Assembly (NCBI GenBank): GCA_051942205.1
Contig: JAVECO010000027.1
Coordinates: 1-64,000, forward strand
From: Coniocarpon cinnabarinum
Taxonomy: Eukaryota
Direction: 5' to 3'
Length of the DNA: 64,000 bases
Positions 62,475-64,000 of this stretch are shown in pieces. Both the position numbers and the translations under genes were made by a program. Position 1 is the first letter of the stretch. Each line of letters begins with the position of its first letter. The notes under the pieces were generated by a model that did no database searches, was not told where the DNA came from, and saw only the letters and a program-made list of their open reading frames with translations.

Positions 62475-63435
62475 ATGGCCGTCGGAAAGAACAAGCGTCT
62501 CTCAAAAGGCAAAAAGGGCCTCAAGAGGCGCACGGTCGACCCATTCTCGCGCAAGGACTGGTATTCCGTCCGCGCACCGAGCACCTTTGAGAAGACAGAG
62601 TACGTCGCCACACAGACCATTCCAACCCACGATCATTATCAAGCTCTCGATTGAGAATGAGTCAAGAAGCTAACGTGTACGCTCAGTGTCGGCAAAACCC
62701 TCGTGAACCGCACCACCGGTCTCAAAAACGCCAACGACGCCCTCAAAGGCCGCATCTTCGAAGTGTCCCTCGCCGATCTCCAAAACGAAGCCGAAGAACA
62801 CTCCTACCGCAAGATCAAGCTGCGCGTCGACGAAGTGCAAGGCCGGAACTGTCTCACCGACTTCCACGGCCTGGACTTCACCTCCGACAAGCTGCGCTCG
62901 CTCGTGAGGAAATGGCAGACGCTCATTGAGGGCAACGTTGTCATCAAGACATCCGATGATTACTTGCTGCGGGTTTTCGTGATTGCGTTCACGAAGCGGA
63001 GACCGAATCAGGTGAAGAAGACGACGTATGCGTCTTCTGCGCAGATCCGGGCGATCCGGAAGAAGATGATTGAGGTTGTACAGAGGGAGAGTGCGAGTGA
63101 GAGTTTGGCGGGGTTGACGCGGAAGATTATTCCGGAGGTTTTTGGGAATCAGATTGAGAAGGCTTGTCAGGGCATTTACCCTTTGCAAAATGTGAGTCAT
63201 TGTCCTACACTGTCATACTTAGGACGAACATCGGATTGGTTGTTACGGGCGCTGTGAAGAAGCAGAGAGCTAATATTTCGTGACATAGGTCCACGTACGA
63301 AAAGTCAAGCTGCTCAAGGCGCCCAAGTTCGATCTGGGTGCCCTGTTAGCGAAGCACAACCAGGGAAGCACAGATGACTCGGGACAGAAGGTGGCGAAGG
63401 ACTACAAGGAGCCCGAGATTCAAGAAAGCGTGTAG
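62475..63435 (+). CDS. RPS1: 40S ribosomal protein S1 (eS1/S3a), 3 exons
   Basis: [39 protein letters not shown] and [13 protein letters not shown] motifs. Confidence 0.97.
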
Positions 63436-64000
63436 AAGGGCGACGTTGTGACGAAGGGTGTGGTGGTGATGGCACATGTTGCCTGGTAGCGTGCGGAGCG
63501 GCCGCTAGATCGAGGCTGTTGTGCGATATGCATTGAATCAAATCTTCAAATTTGCCTTATAAGCCGGCCGTGAGTTCTCCTCTTGGCCTTCCATAAATAG
63601 ACGGTCGGTGATGTCTTCTCGTTCGAGAAGCGGATGATAAGATTAGGTGTCTGCTTTCGCTAATCGGTTGCATCACCTCTCACAGTTTCTTCTTATCTTT
63701 ACAAAATAAGTCCACGCTCAATCGCAGCACAGAACGCACGCAGCAGATTTGGGTATCAGAGATTAGCTGTCAAATATCAGAGCACGGCTTCGGTAGCACA
63801 AATGTTGACTCTACACATCTGTTCATTAACACGTGGGCTGCTGCATTCCTACATCACTTTTGCAAAGTCAATATACTTCTGCACTGTTATCATCCTTCAC
63901 CTTGACACTCGAGCATGACCAAGACCAGAGTCGTGTTTACGAAGTCACATTGCTGGCAGCTAATGGCACAGTGCGCGAATACCACATCATCATGTCTGAC

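Overview
Gene-dense genomic DNA of a filamentous ascomycete (Pezizomycotina, inferred from short GT-AG introns with CTRAC branch sites and fungal-type proteins). Bases 1-9 kb are accessory: minisatellites and a tandem pair of orphan 5-exon genes, each built from two internal repeats. One copy has an in-frame UGA-CUA at a Trp conserved in the other copy. Most of 9.9-64 kb is housekeeping: two SnoaL/NTF2-like genes, a GPI protein, GSH2, NDUFA12, PTH1, a peroxisomal acyl-CoA dehydrogenase, LTV1, LSG1, DUF2237, ALE1, an aldehyde reductase, myosin V, PGS1, HAM1, FAP7, SES1, RHEB, WAPL, UPRT, ELF1, URG1/URC1 and RPS1. The most striking element is a non-coding minus-strand locus at about 16.9-17.7 kb. 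It has two exon-like cassettes (branch site, 3' splice site, 5' splice site), each clamped by its own flanking inverted repeat, and together holding three copies of a conserved three-helix RNA unit. This is the architecture expected of a dedicated back-spliced circular RNA gene. A complete 5S rRNA gene also lies antisense inside PGS1 intron 1. All calls come from reading the sequence by eye; no searches were run.
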